Assembly (NCBI GenBank): GCA_040954595.2
Contig: CM082593.2
Span: 11,421,477 to 11,485,476 of the forward strand
Direction: 5' to 3'
Source: Balanoglossus misakiensis
Taxonomy: Eukaryota; Animalia; Hemichordata
DNA: 64,000 nucleotides
Under the pieces are notes generated by a model. That model did not search any database, was not told the origin of the DNA, and saw only the letters and a program-made list of their open reading frames with translations. Position 1 is the first letter of the stretch, and the number at the start of each line of letters is the position of its first letter. Of the stretch, positions 1 through 9,152 are shown one piece after another. Both the position numbers and the translations under genes were made by a program.

Positions 1-576
1 ATTTGCATTTATTGATATTAGGTGACAACTTCCAGTTGTCACACCAGAGAGCAAATTTATCAAGGTCTTTCTGTAACAAGTCACAATCAGCGGAGGAGGT
101 GATGGTACGGTAAATCTTAGCATCGTCGGCATACATGCTGAGCTTTGCAGAAATATCTAACAGTGATATATCATTTATATACATTACAAAAAGTAGTGGC
201 CCCAAGAGTGAACCTTGTGGGACCCCCGATGTAGCAGTGAAGCTGTTTGACGAGTGACTGCCAAACACCACCCTCTGTTGTCTGAGATGGAGATACGACG
301 CCAGCCAGCTGTGCAAATTGCCACATATACCAAATTTGGCGGCTTTGTACAGCAGTAGTGTGTGACAGACACTGTCAAACGCCTTGCTAAAATCAGTGTA
401 GATTGAATCTACCTGTTCTTTGTTGTTCAATGAAGCTGAAATGAAATCAGTGTAAGCCACTAAGTTGGTTGTGGTAGATCTATTTTTAACAAATCCATGC
501 TGATCAATGGATATATTTGGTTGAACATGCTGGTAGATATGAGGGACAATGACAGCTTCGAAAATCTTAGCAAAAT
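1..576 (-). mobile_element. 5'-truncated non-LTR retrotransposon (CR1/L2/Jockey group) RT fragment; continues beyond the window start
   Basis: Manual minus-strand translation, absent from the ORF track, gives an open frame: FAKIFEAVI..DQHGFVKNRSTTTNLV..VDSIYTDFSKAFDSV..TSGVPQGSLLGPLLFVMYIND..MYADDAKIY..LQKDLDKFALWCDNWKL..NKCK. Confidence 0.9.
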
Positions 577-1326
577 ATCAACTCCATCGATCACATTATC
601 CACACAGATATTATTTCCCAATCTGTCAGCGGTGGGAAGTTGACTATTGTTCTCTAAATGCGTCTTGATAACCGCATTGAGGATGAATGGGGAACAGACT
701 GCTCCAAACAAGACAGACTTAAACTGCAAAGTTATGAAGTCACTTTCTGGGTCGTTAATGTCCGACAGCCACAGAAATTTCGTGAATTTCCTCTCATCTT
801 CTTCCAACCGAATGTTCAGGAATGCTTTCTCAATGTCAGCTGTGAAAGCAATGTTATTGGCGCGGAATCTCAGCAGAATCGCTGGCAGGTCATTTATTAA
901 TGACGGTCCAGTTTGCAAGCAATCATTCAAACTTGGATAATTAGAATCCTTCTTACAAGAGCAATCATAAACGATGCGAATGGGTGTTGTGGTCGAATTC
1001 TTAACCACCGGACGATGTGGCAAATAGTGTCCGATATTCACGTCATCTTCGTCAACCTCTCCGATGAAGTCGCGACGTCTCTGTTCATTGATTATGTCGT
1101 CATATTTCTTGATGAGTTCAGAGGGTAACCTGCGTATCATATTACGCGTGCGTTTCATGGCGACATCGTAGTTGGTGGGTAGTGGAGGGTGATCTTCCTT
1201 CCACAGTAGTTTAGCTACGTATTTTCCTCGGTCAACTCTCAAGTGCGTGTCTCTGTAAGACTCGTACGTCAACTGTTCATCAACTGTTGGATTGTCCTGA
1301 ATACCGATCAATTCAAGGTCCCACAT
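577..1326 (-). pseudogene. BEL/Pao reverse transcriptase region, truncated
   Basis: HYLPHRPVVK..STTTPIRIVYDCS, SLNDCLQTGP, ADIEKAFLNI, FGAVCSPFIL, and CVDN in place of YVDN. In frame with the gag-PR ORF across one TAA at 1330-1332. The last ~38 aa of track ORF 460..1326 are out-of-frame LINE sequence. Confidence 0.88.
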
Positions 1327-1329
1327 ATT

Positions 1330-3381
1330 TTAGACCTGTGGTTCTCGGCCGATCGCAGTACTATCCATCGGTGTATACATGTCCGTTGCGCGATCTCCAT
1401 GCAGTCCGTTGATAGAGTTCTCTGAAACTACGTTACTGGTATCAGCAGTAGAAATCACATGTAAGATATGCGCATTAGAATCCACTTTGGGAGTTCCGAG
1501 GGGTCCGGAGAGTAAGTATCCAAATTTGGATGACACAGCAGTGGGGCCGGACGCGCCAGAAATAACGTGTGAGCCCACGAAATTCCAATATTGGTCGGCT
1601 CCGATTAGAACATCTATTGGCCACGACTGATCACTCGAAACTGGATGTGCGAATGGTAGCCCTTTCAGGTGGCTCATATTGTGGACTTCCTGAGAAATGT
1701 GATTTGTTAAGTCCGACGATATCTCTGGAATTATCATCGCGTGAATAGTTGAAGTATTCCCGTTCAGTTCATGAGCAGTTAGTTCGGTGAATCCCATGGT
1801 GCGTACTTTGGAATCCTTGCCACGGAAGGTCGATAACTTTATGTGTTCGTGCCGCGTAGCTTTCGCGGACAGCTGACGGGCGAATCTCTCAGTGACGAAT
1901 GTCTTATTTGCTCCTTCATCAAACAGGATGATGGCATGTATGGGGGTTCCCCGTCCGACAGACAGTGGTACAAACGCAGTTTTCAGCAGCACTGGCCCAG
2001 TGTTTATCTTCTTATCCGTAAATGTATCGGTATTAGTCAATGTTACTTTGACATCAGAAGTACTTGATGATGGCGATGGCGAGGACGACGCTCCGGTTGG
2101 CGTAGTTGTAGCGGTGGGAACGTCGTAGTGTAGCGCAGAGTGATGACGTTTCCTACACTTTCTGCTGGAGTATTTTGATTTACACTCCGCAACTCTATGT
2201 TTTCCAAAGCAATTAAAACATAGTCTGTCCTTCTTCACAATGTCCAGTCTCTCGCGCGTATCAGTTACCACAGTGCAATTTGACGCGAAGTGTGACCCTT
2301 TGCAGAACGGGCACGTTTTGACAGGGGCGCGAAAATTCTGTTTACCTGTCATCTGCGTTTTCGTGTGAAACGCGGTTATTACCGGTTCTCTGGTAGTGGC
2401 CATTGTTATCTCGTCGACCCGGTTGCCGGCTTGAAGGGCGTTTATCTCGTGTTGAATGGCTTTTCGTAGATCTGGTAATGTCCACGCAGCATTACCATGT
2501 TTTCTTGCTATCTGCTCTCGAATGTTAGGAGGTAATTTCTCCCGTATTATTGGAACCAAAAGTTCGCCGTATGTGGTTTCCTCCTTACCCAGCGACTGAA
2601 GACCTCGAACGTGATTTTCAATCGAGTCGTAGAAATGCCTTAAACTTTGTACGTCGGCGGTTGGGCTTTGTAGATTCCACAACGCGGTCATATGAGCATC
2701 TACTATGAGATGGGTTTGTCCGTATCTTTCGGTCAATAAGTCAATCGCGTGCGTGAGTGGCAATCCGTTGATTGTTCTCGCTGCTTCATCTTTGAGTACA
2801 CTCCGCAAATACGTAAACTTCTGAATGTTGTCCAAATTAGTGTCCGAAGGTATCGAAGACTTGAATACATCGAAGAAACTCGACCATTCTATTACATTGC
2901 CTGAGAAAGTTTGCAGCTGGAGTTTCGGTAGAGTTACTGTTTTACGAGGCGTCGCGTTGCCGAGGCTGCTTCCCGTTACATTACCAGTACTAGTAGTAGT
3001 TGTCCGCATCTCCGATTTGTTTTTCTTGATGAAAGATGCGATGCGATGATTGTGTTCGAAGATTTCGGCGTGGTAGTCGCCTGAAGTTTCATTTTCTTCG
3101 TCAAAGTGTTCATCGTCAATTAGATCGAGGATTCTCACCTCGAGGTCGGCGAGTAGACGGATCTTGTTCGAAAGTTGTTCGTTTAGCCCTTCCAGCGTGT
3201 CGAGTGTAGTCGGCTTGTCTGTACCGACGTCTACGAAATTGTTCATGATGGTGTCGGCCCGGTTGAACAGTCGGGTCACTTGTGCGCGTTGACCACGACG
3301 CGATCTCTTCAGTTTTGTCAACGCTGTTGGCTGATCCTCTTGTTGTCCATCTTGTGGCGCGATGTGTTCTTGTTCCGACAT
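1330..3381 (-). CDS. BEL/Pao Gag-protease polyprotein region
   Basis: LPKLQLQTFSGNVIEWSSFFDVF and QKFTYLRSVL (DUF1759-like); knuckles CPFCKGSHFASNC, CFNCFGKHRVAEC, SRKCRKRHHSALH; protease LFDEGANKTFV and DVLIGAD. Confidence 0.9.
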   Translation of the reverse strand: MSEQEHIAPQDGQQEDQPTALTKLKRSRRGQRAQVTRLFNRADTIMNNFVDVGTDKPTTLDTLEGLNEQLSNKIRLLADLEVRILDLIDDEHFDEENETSGDYHAEIFEHNHRIASFIKKNKSEMRTTTTSTGNVTGSSLGNATPRKTVTLPKLQLQTFSGNVIEWSSFFDVFKSSIPSDTNLDNIQKFTYLRSVLKDEAARTINGLPLTHAIDLLTERYGQTHLIVDAHMTALWNLQSPTADVQSLRHFYDSIENHVRGLQSLGKEETTYGELLVPIIREKLPPNIREQIARKHGNAAWTLPDLRKAIQHEINALQAGNRVDEITMATTREPVITAFHTKTQMTGKQNFRAPVKTCPFCKGSHFASNCTVVTDTRERLDIVKKDRLCFNCFGKHRVAECKSKYSSRKCRKRHHSALHYDVPTATTTPTGASSSPSPSSSTSDVKVTLTNTDTFTDKKINTGPVLLKTAFVPLSVGRGTPIHAIILFDEGANKTFVTERFARQLSAKATRHEHIKLSTFRGKDSKVRTMGFTELTAHELNGNTSTIHAMIIPEISSDLTNHISQEVHNMSHLKGLPFAHPVSSDQSWPIDVLIGADQYWNFVGSHVISGASGPTAVSSKFGYLLSGPLGTPKVDSNAHILHVISTADTSNVVSENSINGLHGDRATDMYTPMDSTAIGREPQV

Positions 3382-3392
3382 CTTGCTCGGTT

Positions 3393-3410
3393 ATCCTGGT
3401 CTCGGCACCA
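3393..3410 (-). promoter_or_regulatory. Primer binding site, most similar to tRNA-His 3' end complement
   Basis: Minus strand TGGTGCCGAGACCAGGAT, 4 nt after the LTR's terminal CA; tRNA identity from recalled tRNA-His 3' sequence (one mismatch). Confidence 0.75.
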
Positions 3411-3414
3411 AAAA

Positions 3415-3752
3415 TGTGGGGAAGTATCGTGGCAGTGATCAATACTCCCGGGAGGGGGTTCGAGTATACTGACGTCGGAAAAGAAGCGAACGATTCAGTG
3501 CTAGGTAAAACACTGGTTTATTACCATCTGAATCCAACAACAAAGTAACACCACAGAGCTCCTTACAAAAAGCTGCCCGAAATCGCCAAAACTGGGTTAT
3601 ATATAAGTCCCACGAACGCCGGAGCAAACACTCAAAAATTACAATAAATCTGCTACAAGTATAAAGTTTGGCGGGAAACAAAGTCAACTCTGATAGGGTA
3701 AGAGTTTCCGTCACGTGATCCTTCTGGAGTAAATCTCTCACTTCTCCATACA
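3415..3752 (-). repeat. 5' LTR (~338 bp)
   Basis: Minus strand TGTATGGAGAAGT...ACTTCCCCACA with TG..CA ends and imperfect terminal inverted repeats; contains TATATAA and AATAAA; abuts satellite sequence at 3753. Confidence 0.85.
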
Positions 3753-4309
3753 AATTGTGGCTAAAATTGTTATTTTCGTGTTGAATGCCGCCAGTGTCAC
3801 AGCTTTTAAAAGTCATAAAAACTTTTAACATACAAGCAATTGTTTATATATGATCAGGTCACCGAATTAAAAAAATAAAGAATGTTTTGCCTAAAAATGA
3901 CCTTTTTGGTGCAAAAACGAATAAAACGCAATTTTGTATTAAATCAGCTCATTCACAGTGTATTTTTTATAATCAGCACCATTTTTACATATAATGGAAA
4001 TTTCATACATCATCAGATATCCAAATATGAAAAAAATGATTTAGATTTTAGATGATTGTCCAAAATTAGCTGATATCTAATAAAATGTAGTATTGAACCG
4101 TTCTGTCCCCCCCCCCTACATTATATGCGGTACGCCGATGTCAGCTTACCCGGCAGTACTGCAGGCCGTGCCCCCAACTAACGTCGGTGTTTGAAACGCC
4201 CTGGTTAAATTCGGGCTTTCTCTATAAATGCACAGGCAATAATGCAGTCCTACCCGAACAAATTTCGAGTGTAGACCCGCTGTGACTTTCCCTCTTCGGT
4301 TTGCCCAAC

Positions 4310-5200
4310 TTAGTCAACGTCTTTGTACTAGAGTGTCGGGTCTTTTGCAGAGCCAGGCCGAAGAAATTCCGACTTGATCAACGTTGCTAACAAACGCTAG
4401 TGTCTGTCATGGTGTGCCGGGGTTTTAGTCGAGCCAGGCCGTAGGAGATCTGACTTGATCATCGTGGTCAATGTACGCGTGTTTCCGCTCTAAAGTGCCG
4501 GGGCTTCAGCTAAACCAGGCCGTAGGAAATCCGACGTAATCACCGTTGATAACTTACGCCAGTCTGTGTCATATAGAGCCGGTGCACCAGCCGAGTCACG
4601 CCGTAGGAAATCTGACTTGATCAACGTGGTCAATGTACGCGTGTTTCTGCTCTAGAGTGCCGGGGCTTCAGCTGAGCCAGGCCGTAGGAAACCCGACGTG
4701 ATTACCGTTGTTAACTTACGCCAGTCTGTGTCCTATATATAGTGCCGGGGCATCAGCCGTGCCAGGCCGAAGGAAATGTGAGTAGATCAACATGGTCTCT
4801 GTACGCGTGTTTCTGCTCTAGAGTGCCAGGGCTTTAGCCAAGCCATGCCGTAGGAAATCTGACTTGATCAACGTTGCTAACGAACGCTAGTGTCTGTCAT
4901 AGTGTGCCTGGGTTTTAGTCGAGCCAAGCCTTAGGAGATCAGACTTGATCAACGTGGTCTCTGTACGCGTGTTTCTGCTCTGGAATGCCTGCCGGGGCTT
5001 TATCCAAGCCATGCCGTAGAAAATCTGACTTGATCACCGTTGCTAACGTACGCTAGTGTCTGTCATATTGTGACGGAGATTTAGCCGAGCCAGGCCGTAG
5101 AAAAATCGACTTGTTCAACGTTACCAGTGTGCAACTGTTTCTGCTCTAGAGTGTCAGGGTTTTAGCCGACTTATGCTGTAGGAAATCTGAGTTGATGAAT
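4310..5200. repeat. ~81-bp subrepeat block of the satellite unit (~11 copies, alternating variants)
   Basis: GAC(T/G)T(G/A)ATCA-type anchor at about 4371, 4452, 4533, 4614, 4695, 4780, 4861, 4942, 5027, 5108, 5189. Confidence 0.92.
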
Positions 5201-5269
5201 GGGAATTCAATGTTAGAAAACCCGTGTGGAAAGTATCTCTACCCGTTTGAAACTAAGAAAAGAATTTAT

Positions 5270-6100
5270 TCTTATTTATTTTGTAAAAAAGACAATTTTT
5301 CGAAAAAAAGTCGAAAATGGTAATTTTGTCTTGGGTGATTCAAATTATACCGCCTTTTCTGGAATTTGCAGCACTTTTTACAAGAGAACGACACTTCATG
5401 CTCCATAATATTTCCGAAAATGAAGAAAAGAGTTAATTTTTTATGATTTTTTAAAAATTTACCATTTTTGTCAAAATATGGCCAAATGGCTATTTTTTCT
5501 TGAATTCCGTCAATATCTCTGCATTTTTGGAGTGATCGAAAGTTTTAACATATAATCAACATGTCATATATGATCAGGGCACCAAATTCGAAGAACAAAG
5601 GTTTTTTTTATTTTTTTTTCTAAAAATGACATTTTCAAGGAAAATTTGGTAAAACGCAATTTTGTCTGCAGTGAGCCAAATTGGCCGTTTTTTGTGGAAT
5701 TTGTATCGATATATATATACGAAGAGCATTCTATACTCCATCAGATTTCCGAAAATGTAGAAAACAGGTATTTTTGTAATTTTCAAAAATTTACCATTTT
5801 GACCAAATTGTGGCTAAAATTGTTATTTTCGTGTTGAATGCCGCCAGTGTCACTGCTTTTAAAAGTCATAAAAACTTTTAACATACAAGCAATTGTTGAT
5901 ATATGTGATCAGGTCACCGAATTAAAAAAATAAAGAATGTTTTCCCTAAAAATGACCTTTTTGGTGCAAAAACGAATAAAACGCAATTTTGTATTAAATC
6001 AGCTCATTCAGACTGCATTTTTTATAATCAGCACCATTTTTACATATAATGGAAATTTCATACATCATCAGATATCCAAATATGAAAAAATTATTTAGAT
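5270..6100. repeat. AT-rich diverged ~335-bp subrepeat block of the satellite unit (~2.5 copies)
   Basis: TTTCCGAAAATG at ~5411 and ~5746; AAAA(T/A)GAC...AATTTTGT at ~5286, ~5623, ~5948; TGATCAGG(G/T)CACC at ~5571 and ~5906. Confidence 0.8.
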
Positions 6101-7371
6101 TTTAGATGATTGTCCAAAATTAGCTGATATCTAATAAATGTAGTATTGAACCGTTCTGTCCCCCCCCCCTACATTATATGCGGTACGCCGATGTCAGCTT
6201 ACCCGGCAGTACTGCAGGCCGTGCCCCCAACTAACGTCGGTGTCTGAAACGCCCTGGTTAAATTCGGGCTCTCTCTATAAATTGACAGGCAATAATGCAG
6301 TCCTACCCGAACAAATGTCGAGTGTTGACCCGCTGTGACTTTCCCTCTTCGGTTTGCCCGACTTAGCCAACGTCTTTGTACTGGAGTGTCGGGTCTTTTG
6401 CAGAGCCAGGCCGAAGGAAATCCGACTTGATCACCGTTGCTAACGAACGCTAGTGTCTGTCATGGTGTGCCGGGGTTTTAGTCGAGCCAGGCCGTAGGAG
6501 ATCTGACTTGATCATCGTGGTCAATGTACGCGTGTTTCCGCTCGAAAGTGCCGGGGCTTCAGCTAAACCAGACCATAGGAAATCCGACGTAATCACCGTT
6601 GATAACTTACGCCAGTCTGTGTCATATAGAGCCGGTGCACCAGCCGAGTCACGCCGTAGGAAATCTGACTTGATCAACGTGGTCAATGTACGCATGTTTC
6701 TGCTCTAGAGTGCCGGGGCTTCAGCTGAGCCAGGCCGTAGGAAACCCGACGTGATTACCGTTGTTAACTTACGCCAGTCTGTGTCCTATATATAGTGCCG
6801 GGGCATCAGCCGTGCCAGGCCGAAGGAAATGTGAGTAGATCAACGTGGTCTCTGTACGCGTGTTTCTGCTCTAGAGTGCCAGGGCTTTAGCCAAGCCATG
6901 CCGTAGGAAATCTGACTTGATCAACGTTGCTAACGAACGCTAGTGTCTGTCATAGTGTGCCTGGGTTTTAGTCGAGCCAAGCCTTAGGAGATCAGACTTG
7001 ATCAACGTGGTCTCTGTACGCGTGTTTCTGCTCTGGAGTGCCGGGGCTTTATCCAAGCCATGCCGTAGAAAATCTGACTTGATCACCGTTGCTAACGTAC
7101 GCTAGTGTCTGTCATATTGTGACGGAGATTTAGCCGAGCCAGGCAGTAGAAAAATCGACTTGTTCAACGTTACCAGTGTGCAACTGTTTCTGCTCTAGAG
7201 TGTCAGGGTTTTAGCCGACTTATGCTGTAGGAAATCTGAGTTGATGAACGGGAATTCAATGTTAGAAAACCCGTGTGGAAAGTATCTCTACCCGTTTGAA
7301 ACTAAGAAAAGAATGTATTCTTATTTATTTTGTAAAAAAGACAATTTTTCGAAAAAAAGTCGAAAATGGTA

Positions 7372-7478
7372 GTTTTGTTTACACTCACTAGCACTATCCA
7401 CAGTAAAACACGACACAACAATATGTACAGTGTGTGGTCACGTTGCTAGCCGTCCACATTTATTACCCTCCATAGACC
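7372..7478 (-). repeat. Split direct repeat B2 (107 bp)
   Basis: Identical by eye to 7852-7958. Confidence 0.93.
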
Positions 7479-7729
7479 TACATAAGTCTTGAGTTTAATA
7501 CAAGAAAGTTAATTACTACTCGTGAAAGAGAAAAAGCCAGAGTACCATGTAATTGCTAGTAAAAACCTTTACAAAAGTACAATGCGAAAACAAGTGCTGA
7601 ATACATCTCGCACTAAAAACCAGAGAGAAAACCTATCTATTTAATAGGCCAAAAACTCTGGAAAAGCGTTAGATGTTCAGACACACTGACTCTCCACTAA
7701 GAACAATAGAATAATACAACTCTAAAGAA

Positions 7730-7958
7730 AAAATTAGCCGTGTAGTCACCTTGCCAGCAACGTGTAGACTGACGTTCCGCTAGTGATAGCGCCCTCTATG
7801 GCAACAAAACATTACTTTCTTGTATCTACTACGTGCCTCAAGAAAGTACACGTTTTGTTTACACTCACTAGCACTATCCACAGTAAAACACGACACAACA
7901 ATATGTACAGTGTGTGGTCACGTTGCTAGCCGTCCACATTTATTACCCTCCATAGACC
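7730..7958 (-). repeat. Adjacent repeats A2 (7730-7851) and B1 (7852-7958): internal circle-junction copy
   Basis: A2 matches 12118-12239; B1 matches 7372-7478; join AAAGTACAC|GTTTTGTTT. Confidence 0.93.
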
Positions 7959-7991
7959 AAAAACAGAAGGGGAATTAGAGAAGAAACGGCT

Positions 7992-9041
7992 TTAAATACC
8001 CAGACTCCTTGATACCTTAAGTAAGCTATCCACGTCGTCTTGAATATACCCATCCTTTGCAGCATCAGATTTCCACCTACCATGTTTCTTAAGCTCTCGG
8101 TCACTGACTCCAGCGTGAGCTGCTGCAGTTGTTCCCCCAATCCTAAAAGAATGTGTCCCAAAACACGAAACGTCTGGAACAACAGCCCCCAACTTCTCTC
8201 TAACAATCTCCCTTACACGGGTATAGCTTAACTTCTTATTTAGGTGGACCAAACTACATTTGCCACCGGATGAAAAAAGTGGTCTAAAAATGAATGCATC
8301 CTGATTTGTCACAGGCCCTAAAAGGGATAGATACTGCTCCAGCTTAGCAACTGGACACGCTGGACCCCCAGTTCTAGCTACATGAACTGAGTTGCCCTGT
8401 TTACACTGATCTGTTTTGCTTTGGCTAACCCAAATGACAACATGGGAAGAACAAATGTAAATATCCTTAAACTTAATATTGACAACATCGCTATATCTAA
8501 AAAATCCTGCGTATGCTAGCAGGATCAAACAAACGTCTCTAACATCTTTTAACAAACGTGAGTCCTTAAACAGTGAAGTAATGTCTTGTAAAATATTACT
8601 CGTAACTGGTCGTTTCTTTTGCACCGGTTTTCCCAGGAGGCGACAGGCTGAAGCCACCAAATTTTGCACAAAAGGATTCTCTGTTGGGGATGGTAACCCT
8701 GCCAAATTGTGGGCCCAACGAATACCGTAATGTGCAACTTCAACAGATTGCTTAGTTGCCCCCTTATCCAAGCCACACTGAATTAAATTTGAAAAATAAA
8801 GGGAAACATGCGCAACCTGTGCAGGAAAAACAGGAAAGCTAAAACTCTTGGCAAAAGTTGCCCAACGGTGAAAAGCTGCTGCGTAAACTCTGGTTGTTGA
8901 ATCAGCTTTGGAAGCCATAGCGAAAACTGGCAGTGCCATAGCCAATCTACTGATCTCCGGACTATCACGTGCTAGGCTGTCAATTTCTTTCCATATTCCA
9001 GTGCTGAATACCTCAGTGTCTGTAATAAACAAAAAGTGCAT
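7992..9041 (-). CDS. Tyrosine recombinase (phage-integrase fold)
   Basis: AYAGFFRYSD (R), QSKTDQ (K), HSFRIGG (HxxR), HGRWKSDAAKDGY (W, Y). Confidence 0.93.
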   Translation of the reverse strand: MHFLFITDTEVFSTGIWKEIDSLARDSPEISRLAMALPVFAMASKADSTTRVYAAAFHRWATFAKSFSFPVFPAQVAHVSLYFSNLIQCGLDKGATKQSVEVAHYGIRWAHNLAGLPSPTENPFVQNLVASACRLLGKPVQKKRPVTSNILQDITSLFKDSRLLKDVRDVCLILLAYAGFFRYSDVVNIKFKDIYICSSHVVIWVSQSKTDQCKQGNSVHVARTGGPACPVAKLEQYLSLLGPVTNQDAFIFRPLFSSGGKCSLVHLNKKLSYTRVREIVREKLGAVVPDVSCFGTHSFRIGGTTAAAHAGVSDRELKKHGRWKSDAAKDGYIQDDVDSLLKVSRSLGI

Positions 9042-9152
9042 TAAATGTCATTACATAGCTAATGCTAGTGTTCCATGTGCACATAACGTGCTTGGACTAC
9101 AATGATTAGAACATTTGTCTAATACTAGAGTCCGCCATAACGGCCAGCCAGC

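Larger units (their letters stand above)
577..3752 (-). mobile_element. BEL/Pao LTR retrotransposon, 5' part (LTR-PBS-gag-PR-RT), defective
   Basis: LTR, PBS, Gag with three Cys/His knuckles, aspartic protease and Pao-type RT in the expected order. Interrupted at ~577 by the LINE. Confidence 0.92.
3753..7371. repeat. ~2.05-kb satellite, ~1.8 units
   Basis: AATTGTGGCTAAAATTG at 3753 and 5806 (period 2053); near-identical downstream sequence. Confidence 0.97.

Noticed and set aside
460-576. C-terminus of track ORF 460..1326 as part of the Pao RT
   Set aside because: It is out-of-frame LINE sequence.
1327-1332. Programmed stop read-through between gag-PR and RT
   Set aside because: BEL/Pao elements normally have one ORF, and other lesions in this copy favour a nonsense mutation.
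4310-5200. 81-bp subrepeats as a CRISPR-like array
   Set aside because: The intervening sequence is itself repeated rather than unique spacers, the block recurs in every monomer, and there are no cas genes.
5226-5837. Recurring 60-100 aa ORFs in the AT-rich satellite block (also 43.5-63.3 kb)
   Set aside because: Frames shift with homopolymer length, many starts are non-ATG, and no domain is recognisable.
6450-6708. 27-codon periodic ORFs in the 81-bp block as a repeat protein
   Set aside because: TAG stops recur on both strands and 4-bp indels break the frame; ORFs appear only in some monomers.
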